64,000 nucleotides of DNA, from assembly GCA_015680685.1 (NCBI GenBank), contig MNCI01001860.1:154472-218471 (forward strand). The letters are read 5' to 3'. Both the position numbers and the translations under genes were made by a program. The DNA is from Gnetum montanum. Lineage: Eukaryota > Plantae > Gnetophyta. Shown piece after piece: positions 12,124 through 26,627 of the stretch. The first letter of the stretch is position 1, and each line of letters opens with the position of its first letter. The notes beneath the pieces were generated by a model. It was not told where the DNA came from. It did not search any database and worked only from the letters and a program-made list of their open reading frames with translations.

Positions 12124-13309
12124 GTTGTTTTGTCATGTTTTTGCAAGATGAATTGATATACATATTTTTGATTGTTGAAGACCATTTTGTTTCATCAACT
12201 AATTCTCAACTAATATAACAACTAATTCATCAACTAATAATCAACTGATACTAATACATCAATTGATTCTCTAACTAATTTTGGTATTATTTAGCTATAT
12301 TATCTAAGTTTAGTAATATTTAGCTACGTTATCTAATTTTAGTAATGTATAGTTACATTACCTTATTTTTAGTAATATTTAACTATATTATCTAATTCTT
12401 AATGGCCTTTCTACCCCCCTTAAGAACATTGACTACGACAGTGTAACTAATGACATGCCATAGTGATCTTAAGGTGCCAACATGGTTAAATTCATTAAGC
12501 AAAATTTATCATATCAATGAATTATGAGATACCTAGATGATAAATATAACCTCACCATTAACTTAATAACAATGAAAAATGTTAGAAATGACTATTCATA
12601 TGTTGAAAATGAACATCGTATGCTCGAGTTTTGTGAAAATTAAACTTTTGAGGATCTCGAGGCACTATATAGGGCAAGGAGTAAAAACTAATTTTTGGGG
12701 TTTCCTAGGATGGATCTAACTTCACCATTATGTTCAAAAGGTTGAATTCTATAGGAAATACTCTTCATTTGATGAAAAGGCTTTTGAAATCAAAAGTTAT
12801 GACTTTTGGAGTCTAAGACCTTTGGCACAAAAAATGAGACTTCCTGAGAGGTCACCCATCCTAGTTTTACTCTAGATTGAGTATACTTAATTACAAATTT
12901 TTTATTATTATGGTTACCACGACACAAAATTCAAATTTAAAAATTATTTTCATGCCTTTCTAATTTAAATTAATGGTTTGATGATGGAAATTTTAATTTT
13001 TCCATCACTTGATGGACAATTCAAAATTTTTTGTCAAATGATGAAGAATTTCTTCTTTTTTATGAATAGTAGCAATGACATGCTAGTGCATTAGCGGTGG
13101 CCTAGGTGGCTACTGGGTGGCATCGATAGCCAGGATGGGTGCATCTAAAGGTAACACTAGTGTAACATTTTTGACCATGGGTGTGGTAGTATGGCATTTT
13201 TTTTGGCTTGTGCATGACATTCAATTTTTTGCCACAACCTATGGAAGGGGATGAAAGAGATACATAGCATAGCCTACGTAGGGTTGGTGTGGCTTGCACG
13301 AGCTGGCTC

Positions 13310-14050
13310 AACCCTTACAAGGTCCTACGTGACCCTCTCAGGGCCTACATAGCCCTCTTTTAGGGCATTTGCAACCCCTTTTTAGGGCTCACATGGCCTT
13401 CCTCAGGGCTTGTGCAGCCATCCCCAAGGCTCGCATGACCCTCCCTAAGGCTTGCACAACCCTCCTCACAACCTACATGGCCCTAAACAACACCAATGTG
13501 GCCCATCAACAAGGCCTATGTTGGCAACGAGGGTTTTTCTAGCATTGGAGGGGAAGGACATGATTAATGGTAGGGGAGATAATGATTAGTGGTAGGGGAG
13601 GTAGTGATCAGTGGCATGGAAGGCAATGATCCATGAGATGAGAAGTAATGATTCACAATGTTGTTGATGTCTAATGGCATTGTAGAAAGTGGACACTAGA
13701 GGACACAACATGTTGCAGAGTCGCATGGCAATGAACTGAACAACAATTGTAGGCAGAGTTAGGAGGTTATAATGCATGGTGTGGTTGGGCAATGGACTAG
13801 AGTGTGGAGGGTAGCTGGAAGCAACATGATGTAGTACATGTGGTTGCCCTTGTTTGCTTGTCCTTGGGGCAAGCCCTTGGCTAGCCCTTGTTAGGGCCTA
13901 CATGGCCCTTCTAAGGTTAGCATAGCCTGCATGGCCTATGTGGCTCTTGCTGGACCTACATGTCCCTTGCAAGGCTAGCATAGCCTGCACGGCCTACACT
14001 ACTCCTGTTGGGCCTGCGTGGCCCTTGTAGGGCAATGCAGCCTACAAAAT
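13310..14050. repeat. GC-richer minisatellites: ~21-bp units at 13310-13490 and ~59-bp units at 13890-14045
   Basis: Repeated agggcctacatggccct-type units, consistent with a decayed gggcccgcgcggccc core. Confidence 0.65.
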
Positions 14051-14062
14051 TATTTTTTATTA

Positions 14063-14086
14063 ATATATATATATATATATATATAT
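14063..14086. repeat. (AT)n microsatellite
   Basis: About 12 AT units. Confidence 0.9.
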
Positions 14087-15599
14087 TAAAGTGGGGGGTT
14101 GGGGTTTTAACCCACAACCTCTCACTTTAAAAGTTGATTTAAAAAAAAACTTATTATTATTATTTTAATCCATCTTGCCTTGGCGGTTGATGTGATGGTT
14201 TGGTTGATGATAGGGCAAAGGTTCTGCATTGGTAAATGGCAATTATGAGTTAATTATTGATACTAAAATTTTGACATTTTTTGTTTAAATAATAAATTAA
14301 TATCATTTTAATGCATGTTTAATGAGAAATTTTAAACATCAATATCACTTAGACCATAAGTCCAATTGAGATGAAATTTGTACCATTGGAATTATCTCAA
14401 TGAGTACTATACATTATATATAATCTTAGGATTTAAAAATGAATTCAAGTTTTTAAGAATTGAAAGGACCAAACTAGCCTATTTTGTTGAACTAACATTT
14501 TTAGGCTGACATATGGTACCTTGAAATCTTCTAGATTACTTGGATAGTGAGTTTCAACAAAAGAAGATCAATTTAAGTCATGGTTACTAACTTTTTGGAA
14601 AGAAATTTAATAATGGCCCTAATCAATTAATACTTATAGTATTAGGATGGGTAAGAGTTACATGGACTATTGTATCATTGTCTTACCAGCATCTCTTAAA
14701 ATTGATGAATCTTAATGAGGTGTGATCAAATATCACAAACATATGGTGCATTTGGTGATGATTAATGGCTTTCCCTATGTTGTGGCTTCAAGGTTCATCA
14801 TCAAGTTGATGTTGTAGTTAGCCCATGGTTCTGAATGTTCCTTGGTCATGGTTTTCTTTGATACTAATTGTGACATCCCATCCCTAGATGTCATGGCAAA
14901 CATCAAATATATGATGTATTAGACATTATGTGTATGAAGAAAATATACCAAATGTGAAATATATGTGATATTTGATATTATATATAAAAAAATAATAGGG
15001 AAAATGTAGAAAGAGAAAGAACACAATTCTTTATTGATATGGAATAGTGTATCTAAACTATGCTCTAAGAGTGTTTCTTGGGATTTTCTTCCTTTGCCAT
15101 CTATTCATTAGATGCAATCTAGCACTACCACCATGGTTAGGCCTATAACTTGACTAGAAGGAATGGTCAGTCCACTTCCTGTCCCACTTCACTTGGCTCT
15201 TGTGAATTTCCGTACCAACTCCACCACTCCATGCTAGCATGACCTCTAACCCTGAGTATAGATGCCTTAGGTCAAACCCACAAAGGTTATCTTAAGAGAC
15301 ATATCTATTATTACAACATGTCCTTTCAAGCCTTAATCATAATTTCCCTTTTGGGTCTTGTTAAGATAACAATAACACTTATTATGAAGAGACACCATCT
15401 TCAACATCATTTGGGAATGAGGACATGACACTTATCCTACCCTATTCTACATTAATTTGCCTTGCATTAACCTTATCTTCCTTTATTTTTCTTTATTATC
15501 GTATTATTTTATATTATTTTTATTTGTGTTTAATAGAAATATCATGTAGGTGCCACTTAATGTATTCTTGTTAATATGCAAGATCAAGCCATGGAGATG

Positions 15600-18500
15600 T
15601 GAACATGATTCAACTTTCCCTTGAGCTTGAATGGACCATATGATGATGTCAAATGACCCATTGATTTTTATTGCCTAGATCTTGAGCCACGGAGCCTATT
15701 TGACTGCATAACCTTAATAGAGAAGTCCTTGAAATGGCCCGATTACATACTTAAAGCCATTGACTTGGAGGTTAGAGACATTATAGAGGATTCTCTAGTT
15801 AAAGTTCCTATTACAACCCACAATGGTGAGGAGAAAACATGGAAACTAAGTTCTTCACTCAAACCCCAACTAGTCCAAGACATCACCAAGGCTCTCCAAG
15901 ATAACATTAAGGCTTTTTATGATCTTATTAATACATGTCAAGAATTGAAACACCATTAGTTCAACATAACATCATACTTGACCTTAGCATTAACCATCAA
16001 AAAATAGGTCACAAGATTAGACCAAATTTGACCCTAGTAATTCAAGATGACATTAAGAAGCTTTACTAAGAAGGTTTCATTTAAGTTTTTGATTATGCTA
16101 ATTAAGTATCCAACATAGTGGTAGTCCCTAAGAAGAATGGAAGCATTCATATTTTTATCAATTTACATAACCTCAATAAGGAAATCATCAAGGATCACTT
16201 TTCTTTACCTAGTATTGATCAACTTATCGATACTACAATTGGTCATGCCTTCTTATCCTTTATGGATGGGTTTTTAGAATACAATAAAGTTAGGATTAGT
16301 CTAGAGCATTAGTTTTATACAACCTTCATGTTCCCTTGGGAAATCTTTTATTACACAATGATGCTAGTTGGTATAAAGAATGTGGATGTGATGTATCGAT
16401 GAATCATGACCTACATATTTAGTGATTACATGCTAGGTTTACTCAATGACTATGTTGAAAATATAGCCATGAAGTCCAAGATGGATAGTAACCATGCACA
16501 TGGCTTAAACTTGGTGCTTCAACATTGTCTCAAATATGAACTTCAAATCAAAGCTAAGAAGTATGTCTTTGATATTAAAAATGAAAAGATTCTTGGTTTC
16601 ATAGTCTTCGAGATAGGGACACATGTCAACTATGATAAGGTTAAGGCCATTAGGAATTTTTCAACACCTAGCAACCTCAAGAAACTACATGGTTTATAAG
16701 GTAGATTGCAATTTATTCATAGGTTCATATCAAGGCTTATAGACAAGCTACAATCCATGCAAAAATTACTTAAGCAAGGAGTTTACTATGAGTGGATAAA
16801 TGAGCACAAAATAGCCTTTAAAATTATTAAGCAAGAGTTATCCTAATTTCCAATCATGTATCTTCCTCTAAAAGATAAACAATTCTACATCTACCTTGCA
16901 ACCTCTAATACATCCATAGCCTCTTTACTCTATTAGAAATAAGAGGATAGAGTAGAGATACCAATATACTACTTGATACATGTCTTAGTAGCATATGAGA
17001 CCCAATACATTAAACTTGAAAAGCATTGTCTAGCCTTGGTCTTCTCTTTGAAGAAATGGAAATACTAGCTCTTTAGGAGTTAGGTCAGCATCATATGTAG
17101 GGACAATGTACTAAGAGCCACCATGATCAACATTTATGGGAGTATTTGAATAGCCCAATGGAAATCCATAATAGTTGAATTTAACATACACTATGTTTCC
17201 TAAGCCTTAATGAAGGGTCAAGCCATAATCATGCAGTTAACTACTTTCCTATTACAAGACAATGTAGCCATAGACCTTGAATTTCTTGATGAATATGTTA
17301 ACATTATAAACAATCTACCCAAAGGTTATGAGGACATCATGAACTTTGATAGATCTTCAATTACACATGGAGCTAGTGTTGTTATCATCATAATGATTTC
17401 CTCTAGTGAAATCCAATCTTACTCTTATCATTTCTAGTTTTCATGTACCAACAACGTGGTAGAGTATGAAGGGTGAATTAGAGAAGTGATGATAGATTGT
17501 AACCATGGATTCACATGTTTTATGATAAAGGTGATTCATAATTAGTGGTCAATCAAGTAACTAAAGTCTATACTTGCAAAGCTAAACATTTAAAGTCTTA
17601 CTGTGACTTAGCCAAAACCTTGATTTCTCAATTTATAGACATTAATACTTAACATATTTCTAGAGTTAAAAACACTTTAGTTGATGCCATTTCCACGTTA
17701 GCCTTAAGTTTGACACCTAATGTGTTTATCAATTTGCCCTTTATGACAAAAAATTGTGCTCTTCCCATCCCATAGAACACTGAAAGAAATTTCATAGCAA
17801 CCATAGATAATAATCATTAATAAGAATGGTATTATAACATCAAGTTTTACCTCACACATGGTCAACCTCCACAAAAATTAAATGATTCTTAAAAGGATGT
17901 CATACATAAATGATCAAATATTATGTCATTGTAGTGGATAACACATTATTTTGAAGGTCCTATAATGGTGTATTGTTAGTATGCTTGAGTAAAGAAGAAG
18001 CTCATACAATCCTAGAACAAGTACTTGGTGGCATATGTGGAGGAAATATAGGACCTAGATCCATGGATACTAAGATTAGATACCTAGGATACTATTGGGC
18101 ATAAATGAAAAGACTACCTACAAAAGATAGAAACTTAGGATACTTGTCAGTTGTACAACAACCTAATACACATGCCACTCATTAAGTTACATACTACTCA
18201 GATTACATAGCCATTCCAATGATGGAGAATTGATGTAATTGGACCAATAGCACCTGCATCTTCTGCAAGATATAACTTCATCATCATTTCAACTAAGTAT
18301 TGCACAAAGTTGGTTGAAGTGATTCCTTTGAGAAAAAAAAATCATAACAAGTGTGTAAATTCATCCTAGATAACATAATATCTCATTTTGATCTATTTCT
18401 AACAATTTTCATAGATAATAGACCATAGTTTAGTAGTCAAGAAATGTAAACCTTTTGTCAATGATTAAACATTAAGCATTTCTTTTCATGATGCTATTAT

Positions 18501-19065
18501 CCACAAGCCATTAGTCAAGTTGAAGCCAGTAATAAGGTCATCATTAATCTCCTAAATGAAATGCTAAGAAATGGAAAATGTAGATAGCATGAACAACTCT
18601 TGTATGCACTTTGGGCCTATAGGAAAATATTTCAAATTGCAATCAATGCCACATCATATAGCTTAGTTGATAGATCTAAAGCTATTTTACCTTTTGAATT
18701 ACAAGTTTGAACCTTGAGGGTAGCTTTTTTTTACTACAATAATAATGAGAAAAACAATAAGCTACATACCATTGATCTCGATTTGGTGAAAGAGCAAAAA
18801 ATACAAATGGTTTCCAAAAATGAATGATATCAAGAGAAGTAGAAATAGAATTACCATCACAATCCAAATAGGCAAAAATTCAAGGAAGAAGGCCTTATTC
18901 TTAAGGTTGTCTATGAACATGTAGAAAAATTCTCAGCTAACTAGAAAGGATCTTTCTTGGTCATGAAAACCTATGGTAATAGAGCATTCAAGCTAAAAAA
19001 ACATAAATGAGTATGAATTCACCAATCCGGTCAACCATTCCTATCTCAAACCCTATTATATCTAA
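15600..19065 (+). mobile_element. Degenerate Ty3/Gypsy Tat/Ogre-type pol: RT - RNase H - archaeal-type RNase H - integrase
   Basis: RT: VVVPKKNGSI.IFIN..NLNK...KDHFSLPSIDQLID...GH..LSFMDGF..YN and DYVEN (YVDD). RH: EKHCLALVF. Tether: KGQA. aRH: MNFDRSS..GA.V.II..., CTNNVVEYE. INT: IDVIGPIAPAS, VEASNK, LWAYR. End: PVN.SYLKPYY*. Many stops; LTRs not identified. Confidence 0.9.
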
Positions 19066-22000
19066 TGTTGACCTATTTTCTTGTAGCCTTTGTTTGCATT
19101 TATTGATATGTTTAGACAAATGATTGACATTGATAATTCTAGTAGTCTATAACAAGCAAGCATACATGACCTCCTATCTCTTTGGCATCTCTAAATACTA
19201 AAAAATTTATGTGGATCTACAAAGCAAGATACAAAGTTCTCATGTTCTACCAATTATATCTCATGATGGCCCATATTTGCCTATTATCTCATGCAACTTC
19301 ATGTAATCTCTTGTAATCACATGTATTCTTTGACTAGTTTTCTTGTTCTCTTGGAGTTGTGTTTGTAGGATGAGCCTAGAGTCATTACACATGAGATTTG
19401 ACTAGCTTGTTCGACTTTGCCAATATTGTTAGCCTCATATCATTTCTGTTATCCCTTCTAAGCCATAGCCCTATTACCAAATTTAAGCTCTCTTTACCTT
19501 GCTGACAATGAAAACCTATGTTTAACATTCATGCATCATGGCCATGTGACAATCTCTACATGCTAAATCATCAATTTCATTGAAACTATAGACCCTTCAT
19601 TTAGCAAGAAAACAAAAAATTTGGCCTTGGCAACAAAACCCAATGAAGGTTTCACTTTCAAAAAAAATGAAGAAAATACCAAGAAATCCAAGAGGCAAAC
19701 ATAACCTAAACTTAAGTAAACAATTGGCTCTATAGAAAAAAAAGGAAAAGAGCCAAGTGGTCAAAGAAGCCCAAAAAAAAAGTGCTGGTTCCTCTAGACA
19801 TCATCAATGTAACCAATAGTTTACACATGAAGCATGAATGCATCATTGCCAGTGTACATGTCACTATGCCACAACCATGATGTCAACACATTTGGAATTC
19901 TTCATTAGTCCATTTGAAAATTCTTGAAATAACCAATGTAGCCATTATCTCATCCCAAATTATTGTAATTCCATGTCAACCTTACTTCATCATCATGACC
20001 ACTTCTTGGCATGATTCAACAATTACAAAACTGAGTGTGGATAAGGAAGCATTAGTGATGAATTCGTGGTTGTGTTTTGCATTTTTTGTTGATACCTTTT
20101 GGATCAATCCTTAAAACATCAATAAAGAGGAGCCAATGAAACACCTCAAGGAAAATTTATATCACAAATAAAAAAGCCTAGTAACCAAGTTTTTGCCATC
20201 TACTTTGATCAGATTCAAGAGCAAACACAAATGCCTCAATTTCCCTTCAGAAATGTTACCTTATGACCTTGTTTTAGCAAAATTCTAGACCATTTTTAAC
20301 ATGAAAAATGAAATTCATGGTTCACATTGTCAAACAAGTTATGAATATCATGATGCTAGTGTATTTGAGCTCAAAAGTCAAAAACGTTTCCAAGTATGGC
20401 ATAAAAAGTCAAAAATGTTGATGGTAAATACACTGCAGTTTTAGATTAGGAAAATCACCAGAAACATTGTGTAACTATCCAAGACATATGAAAAAACATA
20501 ACTAATGCAAGAATAGAAAATCATAGGGGTATTTAAGTCAAATTCAACACCATTTTTAGGATCTTTGGGGGATGCATAGAGATGATCTTTTCAATACACA
20601 GGGGAGATTATTTTAGCACAAAAGAGAGACCTATTTTAGTAACTTAGTAGAGAGATTATTGTAGATTTTATAGCCTTTTGTAGCCTTTCCTAATATTAAT
20701 CACTGAGAGTAACGAGAACCTATCATAGCATTTATTTTGGAAGCAAATCGATTGAGATAGGTAAGTGTAGATTTAGTTGAAAAACACATCCTACCTTCCT
20801 ACACCAAATCTTAAACAATAGTTCATAGAGATATTTGAATATTCTATATTCTTAGGCTATTAAAGCCCTGATATATACTCTCTAAATATTTGTTTCATTA
20901 TAATTATTACAGAAATTTGAAATAAAGTTTATAGTTTCATTTTGGTCGTATCATTTCCCTCACTCTCTCCATTCTTGGTTCAGCATTAAAGCTCGTCTTT
21001 ACATGATTTTACTCATTTTCATTTATCCCACCTAGTAACAAACTTTTCAAGTCCTTAGGTGATTGATTAGACTACCTAAGATTTTGTAGATCCTTTAGAG
21101 GCCCATGGATTCTAGGATTAACATAATTTCATACAAATTATTTTAATTTTTTAGCATTGATTTTTTCCATCATTACAGTGATGTAGTGAGGTAGGTGATG
21201 ATCATGCCAAGATTAGGATAGGTAATGTTTACACTAGCATTAGTGTGCTTAGATATGCTATTGGTGATGTTAGTACTAAAACTAATATAATAGATTATAG
21301 ATTATGCTAAGATGACCATCAAGCATGCAAGTGATGTAGGTGATCTGGATGATGGCTCTTGGGCTCTCTCAAAATTTAGAAAATATTCTAGAATCTTGAA
21401 AAAATAACCTTGAATTGATCTTGGAACTAATTTGTATAGGTCTAGGATTATCCAAAATTCACTAGAACTAGAACTAGTAACTTAATGTTTATTTTTGGAA
21501 ATTCAAGATAGCGTGTATGCTGTAAGTGATACAAGTGATGCTAGATGACATTGACACTAGTGTCAGAAATATTTCACCTATCACTCTATACTTTAATTTT
21601 TCATTTTGAGGCTTCAAGAAAACTTTTTGATTCCTAAACTAATGTTGATCATTACCAAGATGATGTTGGATAAACACTATAGATTATATAAAGCTGAAAG
21701 CATCATACAAAGTTGAATTTTGATGAGATTATGTGTAAGTGATGTTGTAGATGAAGTAGACATTGACATTAGTATTACCTAAGAATCATGAAGGAAAAAC
21801 ATGTTGATCCAAGACTTTTGAAGCTTTTGAAACTACTAAAATAAATGTCCATTATCTTGGAGGTGATGTACACTAGGTGCCATGGGTTACTAGACAATTG
21901 AGAGTGTTAAAATTATGGTCAAGAGACATGTTTCTTGATGCTAAATATGGTGATGATATCAATGTTACCTAGGTGATTTGACAATGTCAAACATGCACTT

Positions 22001-23186
22001 ACATTGGTTGTTGAAGTATTAAGATAGTGGATACAACATCTTTTGTAAACTAAGCCAATGTGCTCTTTCCATACATGAGGAATATACTATTTGTCATATT
22101 TCTCATCTCTTTACTAATATAGTATGCTAAATTTTGTAGGGAATAATAAAATCCTACAAAGATTTTCAATTTAGACCTTATTACAGCATCCTCTATCATG
22201 GATGTCATGTTTCCTTGCTATTAATATATTAAGTCTTGCTTGCAAATAGAGTTATCTTTTTTCTTCCATGTCTCATCTTTCCATGGGTTTATAAAATAAT
22301 CTAAAGAAGTTGATAGATATCATTGATATGCATAACTTTGGCACTTAACCTAATTTTATTTCAATTGGCTACAAATACTTCTTTATCACATTTTCCATCT
22401 CCATGTTTGGCCTTGTGGTGGTGATGATTTACACTTGAGATAATAACTCATTCACTATGGTGGATCACAAGGTATTAATCATGCCTAATTTAGAAAGAAT
22501 ATTTCTCAAAGAAAAGTCCACCAACATTGAGGTTGTAAAGGGATTCTTTAGTGATTATCCTTGGTCATCAATCTAATAGGGTAGCTATTATCATGATGAC
22601 AGGTAATAGCTTTGGAAGACTTTGGGACATGCCATCTATGAATTCATGCTCTGCCAATGCATAGATTAGCTCAGTAAGGGATAAATTTGCATTTTGTGGA
22701 ATCTCTATGATGACCTAGTCCTAAACCTAATCCTTTTCTTCCATGATGTCATCAACTATGTAATTCAAACATGTTTGTATATATAACTTATATTTAATTA
22801 TGAGGGCTTTGTGAAGGTCTTAACCCAAGATCAAGACATATTAGATGATGCACTACAAATGAGGGTTTCTTCAATAATAGCTTCATCAAACATTGCAACA
22901 GAAAGATCATAAGTGCTTGTATTTATGAATAGACTTTCAATAATACTTCAAACATCATGACTATTCTTTAGTTAACATTTGAGATGTTTTACAATCCTCC
23001 ATTTCCAAACTTGTTATTCGATACTTATTTATTGTATACAAAATCAAAACATATATAGTTAAGAAAATATCTATATTCAAGCATGAGGGCCTCATGGAGG
23101 CCCTAGCTTGGGAATAGTTCTTAATTGCTTACTCCTACATGATCAATCAACCAATTGGAGGATACTGCACAAATCCAAGTTACTAA

Positions 23187-23530
23187 TGATGAGTGGCAAC
23201 TATTTCTTATGTCCAACCATACAAATCACAAGTGTGTACATGCAATCCAGTTGAATTCAATGGAACTTTAACTAAGAGTATCCTAGATAATTAAGCATGA
23301 TATTTTTAGTCATTATCTTCCTAATCATCACTTATGCTAGCTTAGTGTGTATGCTTAAGTGAGATTGAGACATAAAATATGTTGTTATTTTTTTGTTTTT
23401 TTCAAAGTTCATTATGAAAATTGCGGGGTTACTAAGACTAGAATGACTAACATGAAAAACATGAGTATCTTCAAAAATCCATCAATGATGAATCTTCATG
23501 TTGTCAGTAGTAGTAGTAGTTTTTTCAACC
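23187..23530 (-). mobile_element. Partial LTR of the Athila-like family
   Basis: tgatgagtgg...caaccatacaaatcacaagtgtgta.atgcaatc.agttgaattc closely matches 37852-38060. Confidence 0.75.
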
Positions 23531-24255
23531 TTAGTTGTTATGTTTCCACTTATCTATTTTTGTAGAACTTTTAAACAGAAAATTGATATATGTCCTCATT
23601 AATCCATGGATTTCTTAGTAGTGAACCTATGATGTTTGAGCTTTAACTCTTGTATCTATTATTTGTCCTTTGGCATGTCCTCTTCTATCCTCCCCTTTTC
23701 GTCCTTTCCTTATATTGCATAAGACCTTCAATCTTATACGTTTATTTTGGCATCATCTACTATCACCAAAGGATCAACATTAGTTTTGGTAATTTTTCCT
23801 TAATGATTAATCCTTTATGGATCCTTGGCTAGCTTAAAATTCAATAAAATATTAGCATTTAGGCTCAAGGTGATTAAAAAATAACATTTTATAAGCCTCT
23901 TAGGCAATTAAAATCATTAAGTTGTTTGATAATTTTTAAATATTTTTACTATTAGTTATCATAATATTTGAAAATGGGATGGAAAAATTTCAAAAATCAC
24001 ATCCTTAGTCCCCTCGAAAAATGAGCTCAACTTCGAAAGTTCACAAGTTTTCAAACTAAAATCAAAGATCTAGTTCACAAGATATTGCAAATGCACCAAA
24101 ATATTAAAATTCATGAGGTTTTAAAATGGCCAAAAAATATTGAATTTGGATAATAGTTCAATATAAAAATATTAAAAATTAATTGAAATTGATGAGAAGT
24201 AGCCTCAAAATCATGTATAAATTTATAGAAGTTTTTCATAATATCCTTAAAGATG

Positions 24256-25288
24256 TGAGGTTTTGATTCAGAGCCATAATCAACAATAAATATGCAAGTG
24301 GATCATTCCTAAAGTAGGCTTATAACATAATATCCTTGCATAACCACTTCTATAGATGTCCATGGAAACCTTAGAATTTAAGTGTGGACCTTGTATTTGT
24401 TTTAAACAACAAACAACTACCTTAGTTGGGAGCCTACTGTATACTATACAAAACCATTAGGCACTTAATTGCATGTAGCAATGTTGTGAATAATCGGATG
24501 AAAAGGTATTGCAGAGATTGCGATGTGAGGTACCTTACCATGTCTACAATAGATTCTTGGGTTAATTGTGGTTAAAATGGCCATCATACCTATCTATCCA
24601 AGTTTTAGATCAAGTCCATATCTTTTCCATTGACATCGCATTGTATCATCCCGAGCTTACCAAAATAGGACCATCATAACCATATTAAAACATCACTACT
24701 TAATAAAAGAAAATAAGGAAGCAGTTTTGATTAATTAATTACTTAAACATTAAATTTTTAAGGAAACTTGACCATTGGTTAGAAGGGTATATTTAGGCAT
24801 GGCTAACATGTTTTTCTAGCCCCATAGCTAATGCTAATCCCACCAAATGAGTACCTTCAAACATTCATAACATATCTTTTCAATCACATAATGAGACTAG
24901 TTTAAGAGATTTTTGATATTCCTAGAAGTAGCCTACCTTTAGGCATGGATAACATGTCTTTCCACTGACATGATAAGGAAACACTTATTTGAGAACATGA
25001 TTCCATCAAAATTAAAATAAGAGTAAGGATATAAAAAAATGGAGTAGTAAGACCTATAGAGAAAGTGCAAAGAATTAGCTAGTCTTCTTGATGCCACTCC
25101 CTTTTTCATTTCCCCTTGATCCTTCTCCTTTTCTTCAAGGCACAATGATCATGAGTTAATTTTAGTTTAATGTGAGAATAACCATATTTATTTCATGATA
25201 AATACCTCTTATTTATAGAATATGAAGGGATAGATGATGTGGTCTCACTTCATTACATAATTATTTCCCTAATCTTCTTGATAGCACA
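24256..25288 (-). mobile_element. ~1 kb LTR-like insertion
   Basis: Absent from the paralogous copy at 61860-61870. Contains the LTR-type TATA context cctcttatttatag (25205-25218). Termini and TSD unclear. Confidence 0.5.
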
Positions 25289-26627
25289 CGATAAAAACCT
25301 AATACACTATATTGATTTCTACATCATGAATGGAAATATTATTGAAAAAAAGATAGTAAATATCCACAAAAACATAAAGCAAATGAATATAGAAAATATA
25401 AAGTTATAAAGAAAAGAAATATAATAAGAAATGAAAACATAATAAGAATTAGAAAATTTTGAAGAAATAAAAACACGCTAAAATAGAAAAATGGTAAAAA
25501 ATTTTAAAATAAAAAGTGAAAATACACTTATTAGTTTTTGATTCAAGATGAGACACTAATGTGGAGCCTACCTTAATAGACCTCAAAGGAACCCATTCCA
25601 CAATCTTCTTAAGAAATTTTAGCTTAGAAAATAAGAACAAGATAATGAATTATAGAAAAATTTCCCTTTTATAAGAAAACTCTCAAATGTAAAGAAATAC
25701 ATCAAAGATGAGAAGCCAAGCTTAACCCACACGTCTCCCAAGGATCTTAGAGGTCACATGTGTTCTCTCTCAGTCTTCAAGTGCTCTTCCTTGCTTCTCA
25801 CTTAAATTCTTCTTGCACTAGATCTCTTCTTACATAAGATCACAAAAGACTAGGCTTCTCTCTTATACTAGTCTTCTCCTTGAGAGTAACCTACTTCCTC
25901 TGATTAGCTTGATTATCCTTAGGCCTTTTATGCCTTTTTATAGTTTCTTGGTATAACCTTTCATCTTTTCTTCAATTTACTATTTAATTTGATGTCCATT
26001 AAGATCTATATGAGATGTATTGAAAAAATAAGAGACATCTTTTTTGAGTGTAGAGATGTTAGAGAAGATGCCTTGAAATTGGGAGAGACATCTTGGAGAA
26101 GGCATCTTGAAGGAGATGTCTTACCTACTAGAGAGATGTCTTGCATGTTGGGGAGACATATCTCATACCAAGGCCAAAAATAAAGATGTTTTTTTTAAGG
26201 TTTGGAACTCCAAATAGAACCCCATAGATATTGAAACCCCCTAAACTCATCAAAATAAGCCAAAAACACCCCTAAACATGCCAAAACACCTTGGAATACT
26301 AATCAAAAGGTCAACATAAGAAGACACACATAAACAGGACATACCCACACATATTCAAGATACATTGAGGATTACACAAGGGTTGGGTGATGTCTTTATT
26401 ATCTCTTCCACCCTTAAAAATGTCATGCTTAATGACCTTTCACAAGCTAAACGACACAATGCCCCCATGACTCAAGGCCATCACACTTAGCATAATAATT
26501 AAAACTTAATGCATCAAAAGCAACATAAGAATGAATATCATTTGAGGTTTAGTTTTTAGCTACTCATGTTCATGAAGGTTTATCTTCATGCTCCACCATT
26601 CTTTAATAAGGTTTATCCTCATGAAGG

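Noticed and set aside
11479-12151. Long ORFs spanning the N run
   Set aside because: Artefacts of the assembly gap; only the minus-strand MKVATYNVLARSLV part is real (CCR4-like).
19066-23180. 3' region/LTR of the Tat element and a possible antisense ORF at ~22300-22900
   Set aside because: Too decayed to define boundaries or product; no matching 5' LTR found.
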